Of a stretch of 64,000 bases of DNA, positions 51,551 through 62,093 are shown piece after piece. The translations under genes and the position numbers were made by a program. The first letter of the stretch is position 1. Each line of letters starts with the position of its first letter. Under the pieces are notes generated by a model that was given only the letters and a program-made list of their open reading frames with translations, had not been told where the DNA came from and did no database searches. Origin of the DNA: Octopus sinensis (taxonomy: Eukaryota). Where the stretch lies: assembly GCF_006345805.1 (NCBI RefSeq), contig NC_043021.1, forward strand, positions 15,996,001 to 16,060,000, written 5' to 3'.

Positions 51551-52089
51551 ATTGGTTCATGTTCAACAAATGAGAAAGGAATGACCAATACATGTCGTAA
51601 AGCTGTGATTCCCTAAACTTTTTCAGGTTGCCACCCCCTTGGCACCCAGGCCACACTCGTAACACCTCCCTCCCAACTCCCCACCACAAACGTACACCAA
51701 TTTCTGCTGCAAATTCAAAACTGTATTTCACAGATAAGACTTAACCAAATTTACCCATAATTATTGTATGTGTGTGTGTGTGGTGGTGGGGGGGTTACAA
51801 ACATTGCTCCATTTGGGCCATCCCATTACTACCTCACTTTTCTTCAACCCCCTGCCCCAGATCTCTCCCCCCCACCCAGGGGGCAGTATTGTCCATGTTG
51901 GGAACTACTGTTGTCGAGGATGTATGGATCTTTAATTGAAACTGAAACCTTGTCTTGCAATTCATGTGTATGTGCATGACCTGCGTGTGTGTGTGTGTGT
52001 GTATATATACACACACACGTGTATATATGTGTGTGTACATATATGCACATGTGTATATATATAAAAAAGAGAGAGAGAGTACTGATGAT

Positions 52090-52266
52090 GATGATAATCA
52101 TCATCACCATCGGTTAACGTCCGTTTTCCGCACTGGCATGGGTTGGACGGTTTGACCTGGGTCTGGGAAGCCAGGAGGCTGCACCAGGCTCCAGTCTGAT
52201 CTGGCAGTGTTTCTACAGCTGGATGCCCTTCCTAATGCCAACCACTCCGCGAGTGTAGTGGGTGCT
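52090..52266 (-). mobile_element. RTE-clade 3' tail
   Basis: Same tail as 1019-1478, truncated at gtagtgggtgct|(TA)n. Confidence 0.8.
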
Positions 52267-53409
52267 TATATATATATAAATAAGGATAAGATCGTTAATC
52301 TAAAAATAAAATAACGATTTTATCCGTGTTGATACATGGACAATTAAAGTGGTTTTAGGGTCAAATCATGGCTGCTATTTTCAACATGGTGGTATCTCTT
52401 AGTTACCCTAATTTATAATTTTATATATATATGTATGTATGTATGTGTGTGTGTGTATATATATAATTAAAAAAACAGAAAGACAAAAAAAAACGTGAGG
52501 ACATGGTACATGCAAAATACACACACACACTGCACAGCCTCCCTTCTGATCAATTCAACATGAGAAGCCATTAATCCAGATATGTTATTTTTTCCTCTTC
52601 ACATTTTCCTCCTCTCTTGTTTTCTTTCCTCGTTCCAATCTGTGGAAGAGCATAAAGTTAGAAACATCAAACACTCTTCCATTTTCTCTGAAGCGTGAAA
52701 CTAATACACCTGGTTTATTTTTCCTTCACCTGTCTCCCATCTTCTGATTTTTTTGTACAATTTTGAACGATATATATATAAAATGTTTGCGTATGTGTAT
52801 AATGCATACGTGTTTGTGTGTGTGTGTGTGTGTGTGCACACATTCAGGAATGAAAAAGCTTTTGGTTGCAAATGTAGTAGTGTATTAATAATAAGAATAA
52901 AAAGAGAAAAAAAATAATCAGGACTGACTGAGATATAATTTCTTAGTTTATTTATACTCAGATATTAATAAAAAGTCATTATTTTTTTTCTAATGAAATA
53001 AAATATCCCTTAAATCCTTTTAGTATTTTTGTGTTGTCTTGCATTGAAGAGTCAATCACACACATGCGCCACACGGAATTGTCATTTGGCGTCCACTTTT
53101 CCATGCTTGCACGGGTTGGATGGAGTATATGTGAGACAGATTTTCTATAGCTGAATGCTATTCCTGTCGCCAACCCTCACCTGCTTCTGAGCAAGGTGAT
53201 TGGGAATTAACGACATGGCTTGTATGACAATGACTCTTGTTTGCTACTATCATGCACTGTGAATGCAGGGAGACACACACACATACGCACATACATATAT
53301 AAATATTGGGTCACAGGGTTCCCTTTGACCATGGATCTCAAATCCATCGCTGCCCATTGAAATTCACACCACTGCACACCTCCATACTCCAAGCTATGAG
53401 GAGGAGGTG

Positions 53410-53708
53410 GAGACCCCCTAGAAAGTTACAGTCCGGGGCACAAATCTGGGCAAGGTTGTTTGTCGAAGGCCAGTGGTCGCCCATGCATACCAGCCTCCCC
53501 TCTCCACACCACTGATGTTATCCAAGGGAAAAGCAAAGGACGATACAGCTTGGCACCAGTGACGTCGCAACTCATTTCTACAGCTGAGTGAACTGGAGCA
53601 ACATGTAATAAAATGCTCAAGAGCACAACATGCAGCCCAGTCTGGGAATCGAACTCACAACCTCACAATTGTAAGCTCAATGCTCTAACCACTGAGCCAT
53701 GCGCCTTC
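53410..53708 (-). mobile_element. tRNA-derived SINE (V-like segment, distinct tail)
   Basis: Minus-strand head ggcgcatggctcagtggttagagc...gagttcgattccc followed by tgtgctcttgagca. Confidence 0.7.
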
Positions 53709-54179
53709 ACACTCCAAGCTATATATGTAATCATCAAATTAAATACATAACCGAAAGAGCTACTAATAGCTTCATGCTATTATGATACTTGAACAGGCAT
53801 ATTTATAAAATATGCCATTTTTTCTTGAAGCACATACATACATAGAACACATACAAAACGGGCTTCTTTCAGTTTCCATCCATTCGAAGACTGGTTGACT
53901 CAGGGATATTGTAAAATGCCTTTGCCAAAGGTGCCAGGCAGTGGGACTGAACCAGGAACCATGTTGTTGGGAAGTAAGTTTCTTAACCATACAGACGACC
54001 CTGGAGCTATAGCAGATGACATTTGGCCAAGTTGCTCTGCTGTGGGACTGCAGGCTGAGACTTCGAAGTTACTGTTACTCTTCTTGGAAAAGTTTAATAA
54101 ACATGCTCTTTATTAAAAAGTATTCACTGGTTCTTCAGCTTAATTTTGGTTGTTTTTATATATATATATATATATATAT

Positions 54180-54340
54180 AGGAGGAGAATTCACAAAAAA
54201 CAAAACACAAAGACAGGTGGTGTAGACAACAAACAGATGTATTAGTATAAAACTCAGGAAGTGAAAGTCTTTTACGTTTCAAGCCTATGCTCTTCCACAG
54301 AAAGAAACAAGGAGAGAAAATAATGTGTAGTGGCTAGCTT
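54180..54340 (-). mobile_element. Penelope-like terminal fragment abutting (TA)n
   Basis: Carries a hammerhead-like motif and is homologous (inverted) to ~52600-52770. Confidence 0.5.
54268..54305 (-). ncRNA. Minimal type I hammerhead-like motif with a CUGUGGA core
   Basis: Minus strand reads TCTTT-CTGTGGA-A-GAGC-atag-GCTT-GAAA-C-GTA-AAAGA. Helix I is 5 bp, helix II is 4 bp, helix III is the palindrome ACGT and the cleavage triplet is GUA. Confidence 0.5.
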
Positions 54341-54566
54341 GTACATATATATTGTTATATTTCAGAATGGTCATTTTTATTGGCTAAACTGGCAAAATGA
54401 CCATTCCGAAATATAACAATATCTGTTTCAACACACGACTTCACATAAAAAATCTTGCACATCAAATATTTAAGCGTATATATATATAATTTCACATTAA
54501 AATAAAAACATATTTATAGCTATTGATGTTTTTTATTGAAACTGAAGTTTCAGTAAAAAACAAAAC

Positions 54567-54614
<48 letters not shown>

Positions 54615-54641
54615 TAAAGAACATAGACAGACACATGTATA

Positions 54642-54840
54642 CGAGGGGTGGGGTTAAAGAAAATACAGGAGGATCAGTTAATTATGATTTTGTCCAACAT
54701 ATTCCTCCTCTCAGATTCACACACTTATTGCAGCGGTCCTTCAGTTTTTGTAAGCTCTGAGAAATGAACTTGGACGGTTGGGCCTTCAACCAGGCCTTTC
54801 ACGATACCCCTAAAGCCAGGAACTTTCCAGCACCCCCTCA
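54642..54840. mobile_element. mariner-derived MITE
   Basis: TA|cgagggg ... aaagccaggaactttccagcaccccctca|TA. The internal minus strand reads KLKDRCNKCVNLRGEYVG, like a mariner transposase C-terminus. Confidence 0.65.
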
Positions 54841-54926
54841 TAAAAATAACTTTGCATAAAAATAAAAGCAAACACATATCTATTAACAGTTTTGTATTGA
54901 AACTGAAATTAAGTTGGAACGAAACA

Positions 54927-55088
54927 GGCGCAGGAGTGGCTGTGTGGTAAGTAGCTTGTTTACCAACCACATGGTTCTGGGTTCAGTCCCACTGTGTGGC
55001 ACCTTGGGCAAGAGTCTTCTACTATAGCCTCGGGCCGACCAAAGCCTTGTGAGTGGATTTGGTAGACAGAAACTGAAAGAAGCCCGTC

Positions 55089-55124
<36 letters not shown>

Positions 55125-55226
55125 GAATGGAGTTGAACGACGAATTAATGTCTTCTCTGATGTGAATTTGCTACCCAGGTATCGGTTAACCGAATTATCC
55201 ATAACAAGATAATTCATTCAACTACT

Positions 55227-55257
<31 letters not shown>

Positions 55258-55588
55258 TTCTTTACTGCCCACAAGGGGCTAAACATAGAGGAGACAAACA
55301 AGGACAGACAAAGGGATTAAGTCGATTACATCGACCCCAGTGCGTAACTGGTACTTTATTTATCGACCCCGAAAGGATGTATGTGTGTGTGTTTGTGTTT
55401 GTCCCCGTAGCATTGCTTGACAACCGATGCTGGTGTGTTTATGTCCCCGTCACTTAGCGGTTCGGCAAAACAGACCGATAGAATAAGTACTGGGCTTACA
55501 AAGAATAAGTGCCGGGGTCGAGTTGCTCGATTAAAGGCGGTGCTCCAGCATGGCCACAGTCAAATGACTGAAACGAGTAAAAGAGTAA
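54927..55588 (+). mobile_element. SINE family A split at its internal microsatellite by two insertions
   Basis: The 5' half spans 54927-~55120 and the 3' half spans 55379-55588. Confidence 0.85.
55257..55378 (-). mobile_element. 5'-truncated SINE family B
   Basis: Reverse complement of the 3' half of 56264-56491. Confidence 0.8.
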
Positions 55589-55638
55589 CATCACGCACGC
55601 GCACACACACATACAGACATATACATATACATATATAG

Positions 55639-55669
<31 letters not shown>

Positions 55670-56263
55670 CATGCATACCCCTTTCTCTCTGGCATACATG
55701 TTTATCAGCTTTTCTCTTACTTTTTTCTCATTCTTTATAGTGTACAGAAACAAAAAAAAAAGAAGTTATTTTGATATCAAGATGTCACAATATCACATTG
55801 AGCTTGTTGTTAAAGATTGTGGTTGTTTCAACTTATCAGCTGACTGAGTTTCTGGAGAGAGAGAGAGAGAGGTGGGGTGGAGGGGGTGGAAAACAAAGGA
55901 CACATACTAAACAAGCACAGTCAAGTATTAATTGAAGTAGTATTTTGTTTATCTGCTGTTGTTATTTAACCCCGAGCTGGTCCAGATTGAGCAGAAGACT
56001 TATAACAAAAAACATTTCAGCTACGACCTTCTCGACTTATTTTCAGGCATTGTATACCACGGAGCCACGCTATCCTACGCACCTTTATAATTTCTACCTG
56101 GTCAAATGACTATGTTAGTAACTCCTCTCTTTGGCTACCTTGTTGTTGTCGTTGTTGCTATTGCTGTTGTTTGGCCCTGATCTAATCTAGCAGTCCTACA
56201 AACAACAGTATTATTCCAACCATGACCATCTCATTAATTACCCATCATCCATTAAAGTACCAC

Positions 56264-56491
56264 GGCGAGCTGGCAGAAACGTTAGCATGCCGGGCGAAAT
56301 GCTTAGTGGTATTTCGTCTTTCGCTACGTTCTGAGTTCAAATTCCGCCGAGGTCGACTTTGCCTTTCATCCTTTCGGGGTCGATTAAATAAGTACCAGTT
56401 ACGCACTGGGGTCGATATAATCGACTTAATCCGTTTGTCTGTCCTTGTTTGTCCTCTCTGTGTTTAGCCCCTTGTGGGTAGTAAAGAAATA
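56264..56491 (+). mobile_element. SINE family B (Meta-like domain)
   Basis: Highly similar to 34817-35040. Confidence 0.85.
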
Positions 56492-57185
56492 GATATGTGC
56501 CCTTCTTTTTCAAGAGCTAGTAGCATTTCCTTTAAGAGAGGTTTGGCTGCTATTTGTAGCACATAGAGGCTTCCTCTGATAGCTGGAGTGTTTGCCTAAC
56601 AATTGCGTTTAAATAACAAAGCATTGCATTGTAAATAAACAGTGTTTTATCTTGTTATTTTGATGTATTTTGGTTTCTTTTAAATCTATTTATAATTACT
56701 ATTATTATTATTATTATCATCGTCATCATTATTATTATTATGTGTTTGGGAAATTATTCATGGTCGAGGTATTTTCACAATTGCACAAACTTACATAGAG
56801 CCATTGTATATAATGTAACACACATAACAATGCTCTTCCAGCATTTACCCCGTGTGAGTATAAGCAGTCCACAGTCACACATTCATACACAATGTACTCC
56901 ACCTCTCTCCCTCTCTCACAGCCATTGCGCAGAGCTTCACAGGCACGTAAGCACATATCTCAGTCGATATCAGATGTTCACAACGAACGAAGTGACTATT
57001 AAGGAGCTGAGTGTTCACTCGTGATGGTTAACACTTCACTTGCTTTGGCCCAAAGTTTCACTCATTGTGAACAGCTGATTGATTTGGCACAGCAGGCTTA
57101 GTTAGGTACCCCTAGGCTTGATGTACGAATGACATGGCCTTGTAACTCAACTGATTACATACATACATGTATGTATGTATACACA

Positions 57186-57578
57186 CTAACAGTATCGCCC
57201 GGCGTTGCTCGGGTCTGTTTCAACCCTGTAGATTTGGAATTTTTGAAAAGTAAAAATTTTGCATTATGTAGCTTGTTATTCTCTTTAAGTGAACATTTTT
57301 CTAGTTGAAATACACCGAAAAATGGCAACACAGCAGTAAAAAAATCGTAAAAAATAGGGCTTTTCATAGAAAAAAAAAGCACCTTTTTGATGTAAATAAC
57401 TTTTGGTGTTAACATGGTCCAATTTGAATTTTTTCTTCTACGGAATGAAGAGCAAGCCTTCTTCTGTCATACTCTCAATTTTGGTCAACTTGCGCCGCAG
57501 TGTCTAGGAGGTGATAGTGTTAGTTGAAGGCTACCAAACCTGCCATACACAGACAACTTCAGCTTTGTATATATAAGG
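57186..57578 (-). mobile_element. Non-autonomous Helitron
   Basis: Homologous to 30442-30821. The cccgagcaacgccggg hairpin is intact and the terminal CTAG has mutated to TTAG. Confidence 0.8.
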
Positions 57579-57890
57579 AAAAGGAAGAAACAAAACCAAG
57601 GCTGGATGAGTGTCTCAGGTAATTTGGAATATTTAGAGTAAGGTGAATCAAAAATGGAGAAGTGGAAGTAATAAATGTCTTACAGCTTTCCTACATGCAC
57701 ACCTTGTCTCTGATGATGGAATACCCAATGTGTGGAGATGTTGACCCATCACCTGGGATATCCCAGAAACAGCTGTAAGACATTAACTATTACTACTTCT
57801 TCATTTTTGATTCACCTTATTCTAATTAAATATTCTAAATGATCTGAGATATTCGTCTTGCCTTGTTTTTCTTTTCCCTTTTCGTTTAAT
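57575..57890. mobile_element. Fold-back Penelope-like terminal structure (~120-bp imperfect arms)
   Basis: 57575-57690 is an imperfect reverse complement of 57766-57890, with a hammerhead in the centre. Confidence 0.6.
57705..57782 (+). ncRNA. Type I hammerhead ribozyme with a canonical core
   Basis: TGTCT-CTGATGA-[helix II tggaataccca...tgggatatccca]-GAAA-C-AGCT-GTA-AGACA. Helix I is 5 bp, helix III is the palindrome ACAGCTGT and cleavage is predicted after GUA (57777). Confidence 0.75.
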
Positions 57891-58249
57891 ATATACCTGC
57901 TGACTCAGAAACCTACTACAGATCCCTAGCTCCAGCCTCTGTTGTGATCTTGGAAACAAACAGGTGCTCAATTATAGTACTTACACAGCGTACCTATTGG
58001 TTTAGACCAGTGAACTGAAGCCCTCATTCTATATATGCATATATATATATATATATATCAGAGCGATCTCAAGATTAATCAGCCAAAATTGCTAGGATGA
58101 TCCGGTTCTTGACTGAAGATTGAAGGCTTCGAATGTCCCGTCCGTGTTTTTTGTATCGTCTTCTAAATGTTTTACGTTCTTGTCCCAGTTTGTATTTTTC
58201 TACATATAATATATACACATCCATACACACATACACACACACATACACA

Positions 58250-58287
<38 letters not shown>

Positions 58288-58389
58288 ACACACACACGAA
58301 AGAGCAGACATCAAATGGTGATGATGATTATATATATATATGTATGCTTGCAATGCGAAATCATAGTTGTGGCTGTTACTGATGGCACC

Positions 58390-58716
58390 CATGAAATTGT
58401 TTGCATGATCTTCAAATGTTGGGCCTCATGGAGGCAATGACAAGTGACCAAGACCTTGGTGATACGCTGTGCTTGAAAGGACTTGTCAAGCCGAGTGAAA
58501 CCATAATTGTGACCATTGCCAGTGTCATGTAAATGGCACCTGTGCCGGTAGCATGTACAAAGCATCCGTTACGCTCTTGGAGTGGTTGGCATTAGGAAAG
58601 GCATCCAACTGAAGAAACCATGCCAATCAGACTGGAAGCTGGTTCAGCTCTCCAGCTTACCAGTTCCAGTCAAATCGTCTAATCCATGCCAACATGGAAA
58701 GTAGATATTAAATGAT
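58390..58716 (+). mobile_element. Old RTE-clade 3' end
   Basis: Diverged homology to 6780-7612, ending aaatgatga before (TA)n. Confidence 0.65.
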
Positions 58717-58812
58717 GATTTTATATATACATATATACATACATACACACATACATACATACATACATATATATATATACATATATACATACATACATAT
58801 ATATTATATATA

Positions 58813-58857
<45 letters not shown>

Positions 58858-58876
58858 TATATATATATATATATAT

Positions 58877-59203
58877 GGCTTCCGTGTCGGTGGCACGTAA
58901 AAAGCACCATCCGAATTATGGCCAAAGCCAGTGCCGCCTCGACTGGCTTCCGTGCAGGTGGCACGTAAAATGCACCAATCCGACCGTGGCCGATGCCAGC
59001 CTCGCCTGGCATCAGTGCAGGTGGCACGTAAAAAGCACCCACTACACTCACGGAGTGGTTGGCGTTAGGAAGGGCATCCAGCTGTAGAAACATTGCCAGA
59101 TAAGACCGGAGCCTGGTGCAGCCTTCTGGCTTCCCAGATCCCTGGTCGAACCGTCCAACCCATGCTAGCATGGAGAACGGACGTTAAACGATGATGATGA
59201 TGA
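58877..59203 (+). mobile_element. Young RTE-clade 3'UTR/tail
   Basis: Three ggtggcacgtaaaa.gcacc units plus the tail, near-identical to the inverted copy at 1019-1478. Another tail follows at 59220-59410. Confidence 0.85.
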
Positions 59204-59407
59204 TATATATATATATAGATGCCAGGCCCACCTGACTGGCTCCTGTGTCGGGGGCATGCAGAAAGTACCCACTACACTCTCAGAGTGGCTGACGTTAGGA
59301 AGGGCTTCCAGCTGTAGAAACATTACCAGATCAGACTGGAGCAGACCTCTCCAGACCTCAGTGAAACTGTCCAACCTATGGCAGCGTGGAAAATGGACGT
59401 TAAACAA

Positions 59408-59483
<76 letters not shown>

Positions 59484-59487
59484 TATA

Positions 59488-59525
<38 letters not shown>

Positions 59526-59820
59526 CACATAGATGATCTCACTCTCTTTATCTCCCTCATTATCTACATGATTATTTTCCCTCTTGGAGGAAGTAAAGTG
59601 TTGAAGGGAGAAAGGGAGAATTAAAGAGCACTTCAAAGAGGAAGATAAACAGTTTGATGACCCACACACAAATTTAAACACATTGTGACAATTTATTTTA
59701 GAATATCTCTTTACCACCGATACACCTTTTCAACTTTGTGTTTCCCCATTTCTTTTTTCTCACTGATTGTCGGCTTTGGTTTGAAGGCGATGTGATAATT
59801 TCTCAAAATAAATTTAATTA

Positions 59821-60229
59821 GGCGCAGGAGTGGCTGTGTGGTAAGTAGCTTGCTAACCAACCACATGGTTCCGGGTTCAGTCCCACTGCGTGGCATCTTG
59901 GGCAAGTGTCTTCTGCTATAGCCCCGGGCCGACCAATGCCTTGTGAGTGGATTTGGTAGACGGAAACTGAAAGAAGCCTGTCGTATATATGTATATATAT
60001 GTATGTGTGTGTTTGTGTGTCTGTGTTTGTCCCCCTAGCATTGCTTGACAACCGATGCTGGTGTGTTTACGTCCCCGTCACTTAGCGGTTCGGCAAAAAG
60101 AGACCGATAGAATAAGTACTGGGCTTACAAAGAATAAGTTCTTGGGTCGATTTGCTCGACTAAAGGCGGTGTTCCAGCATGGCCGCAGTCAACTGACTGA
60201 AACAAGTAAAAGAGTAAAAGAGTAAGAGT
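59821..60229 (+). mobile_element. Full-length SINE family A
   Basis: A and B boxes, body and a (TAAAAGAG)n tail. Confidence 0.9.
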
Positions 60230-60283
60230 ATATATTTCATCAAATGCATAAATTTAATAAAATAATGAAAAAAAAGTATTAGT

Positions 60284-60455
60284 GGAGGCACATGGCCTAG
60301 TGGTTAGGGTGTTGCACTCCTGATCCTGTGATTATGGTTTCGATTTCCAGACTGGCTGTGCATTGTGTTCTTGAGCAAAACACTTCGTTTCATGTGGATC
60401 CGGTCCACTCAGCTGTGAATGGCTAACCTTGTGATAGAGTGGTGTGCAAGGTGGT
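60284..60455 (+). mobile_element. tRNA-derived SINE head with a V-like segment
   Basis: ggaggcacatggcctagtggttaggg...ggtttcgatttcc...tgtgttcttgagcaaaacactt. Confidence 0.6.
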
Positions 60456-60592
60456 GACTCAGGAAAATCACATGAACGGAGGCCTCGTGAACCGGTTTTG
60501 TACTCACCAATTGAAAGGATGAATTGTACAACTCTCACTGTGAATCCAAAACTGGTTGAGAGTTGTGGTTCTCCCACGTCAAAGGATGTGTG

Positions 60593-60640
<48 letters not shown>

Positions 60641-60804
60641 CACACACACACACATATGGTTTTATAGGTTTTTATTTTGTGGCCTTTGAACAAAAGGCAG
60701 GCACAGACTTCTCATGTTTGTGTGTCCATATCTCTCTCTATGTATGTATGTGTATATATATATATATATATAATATATATATTATATATATATATATATA
60801 TGTA

Positions 60805-61635
60805 CAGGATGTCTTAAAAGTCATTGGCAGATTTCAATTTTTAATAACTTCCTTAATTTTTCAAATAAATGCATGAAATTTGCATGAAGGTCGTAATGGA
60901 AATCAGTATGTAAAAGTGAAATTTTGCAACACCCCTACATTACATATGAAAAATGACATTGCTTAAATGGCAGCTATTTTCAGCTTCGCATGCCCATGCT
61001 CTTTCCAAAACTTGCACCATAACACCCTCAAGAGTTTCATACCCCACTTTGCTGATTTCTCTATTGGTGTTCTCCTTCAATTGCACCAGGCTCTCTTTCA
61101 GGTATCTCCACAAGAAAACATCTGGGATAGTCTGAGGAATGTAAAGACCAGTTGACATTGTCTGTAGCGAGAGATTATTCTCTCTCCCCAAAGCTCTGCT
61201 GTAGCAACTGCATTGTTTCTCTTGCTGGAATCATGTGTGAGGTTTACTTTGAATGGCTTTCATGTTCCCCAGACTTGACCAGCCTGGATTTTTTCTTGTG
61301 TGGATACCTGAAACAGAGGGTTTACATCAACAAACTGGAGACCCTGGTGCAACTGAAGGAGAACATCAATAGAGAAATCAAAGAAGTGGGGTCTGAAACT
61401 CTTGAGGGTGTTACGGTGCAAGTCTTGGAAAGAGCATGGGTTTGTGAAGCCAAAAATGGCTGCCATTTAAGCAATGTCAGTTTTTATATGTGATGTTTTG
61501 GTGTTGCAAAATTTGACTTGTGCATATCAATATCCATTATGTCCTTTATATTGTATCAAAATTTCATGCATTTAATTGAAGAGTTAAGGAAGTTATTAAA
61601 AATTGAAACCCATCAGTGACTTTTGGGACACCCTG
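60805..61635. mobile_element. Palindromic Tc1/mariner derivative built from two right ends
   Basis: TA|caggatgtc... and ...gacaccctg|TA with ~78-bp TIRs. The transposase C-terminus (SPDLTSLDFFLCGYLK...C....G.H) is on the + strand at ~61250-61480, and an inverted copy is on the - strand at ~60940-61130. Confidence 0.85.
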
Positions 61636-61961
61636 TATGTGTGTGTGTGTATTCAATAAAAGTGTGAAGGTTACTCTGATTACTATGCATAAAATGCAAA
61701 CTATTTTATTTTATTTTATAGATTAGGTAGACATAATTCGCCCCTGCTTTTCAATCTCAGTATTTAAGCTACGCATAATACTGCTGTAGTACACTTGCTG
61801 TGTACACTCCTACAACACTGTTTTCTTTATGTGCTGTAAAGGCAGAAATAGATCTGCCTTCAACTCAGTTGCACACCTGTGTTTTGCTTATTTTTTATGT
61901 GTTTTTACTACATAAATGTCACCAACTGCCTACCCTGAGTAATTACTGACATCACGTGCAT

Positions 61962-61994
<33 letters not shown>

Positions 61995-62093
61995 GGAATG
62001 ATTCAATGATTAAACATGAACTATTATTGGAACTTACCATGTACAGGAAGCTTTTTTACCACTTCTATACATACATACATACATACATACATA

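Noticed and set aside
50921-51731. ORFs of 143-249 aa on both strands
   Set aside because: They come from a compound dinucleotide microsatellite that lacks stop codons.
58113-58140. CTGAAGA...GAATGTC hammerhead-like motif in a (TA)n-flanked element
   Set aside because: GAAA is altered to GAAT, helix II has an impossible 1-nt loop and helix I does not pair.
59821-59900. tRNA gene calls for SINE heads
   Set aside because: A and B boxes are present, but there is no complete cloverleaf and each head continues into a SINE body.
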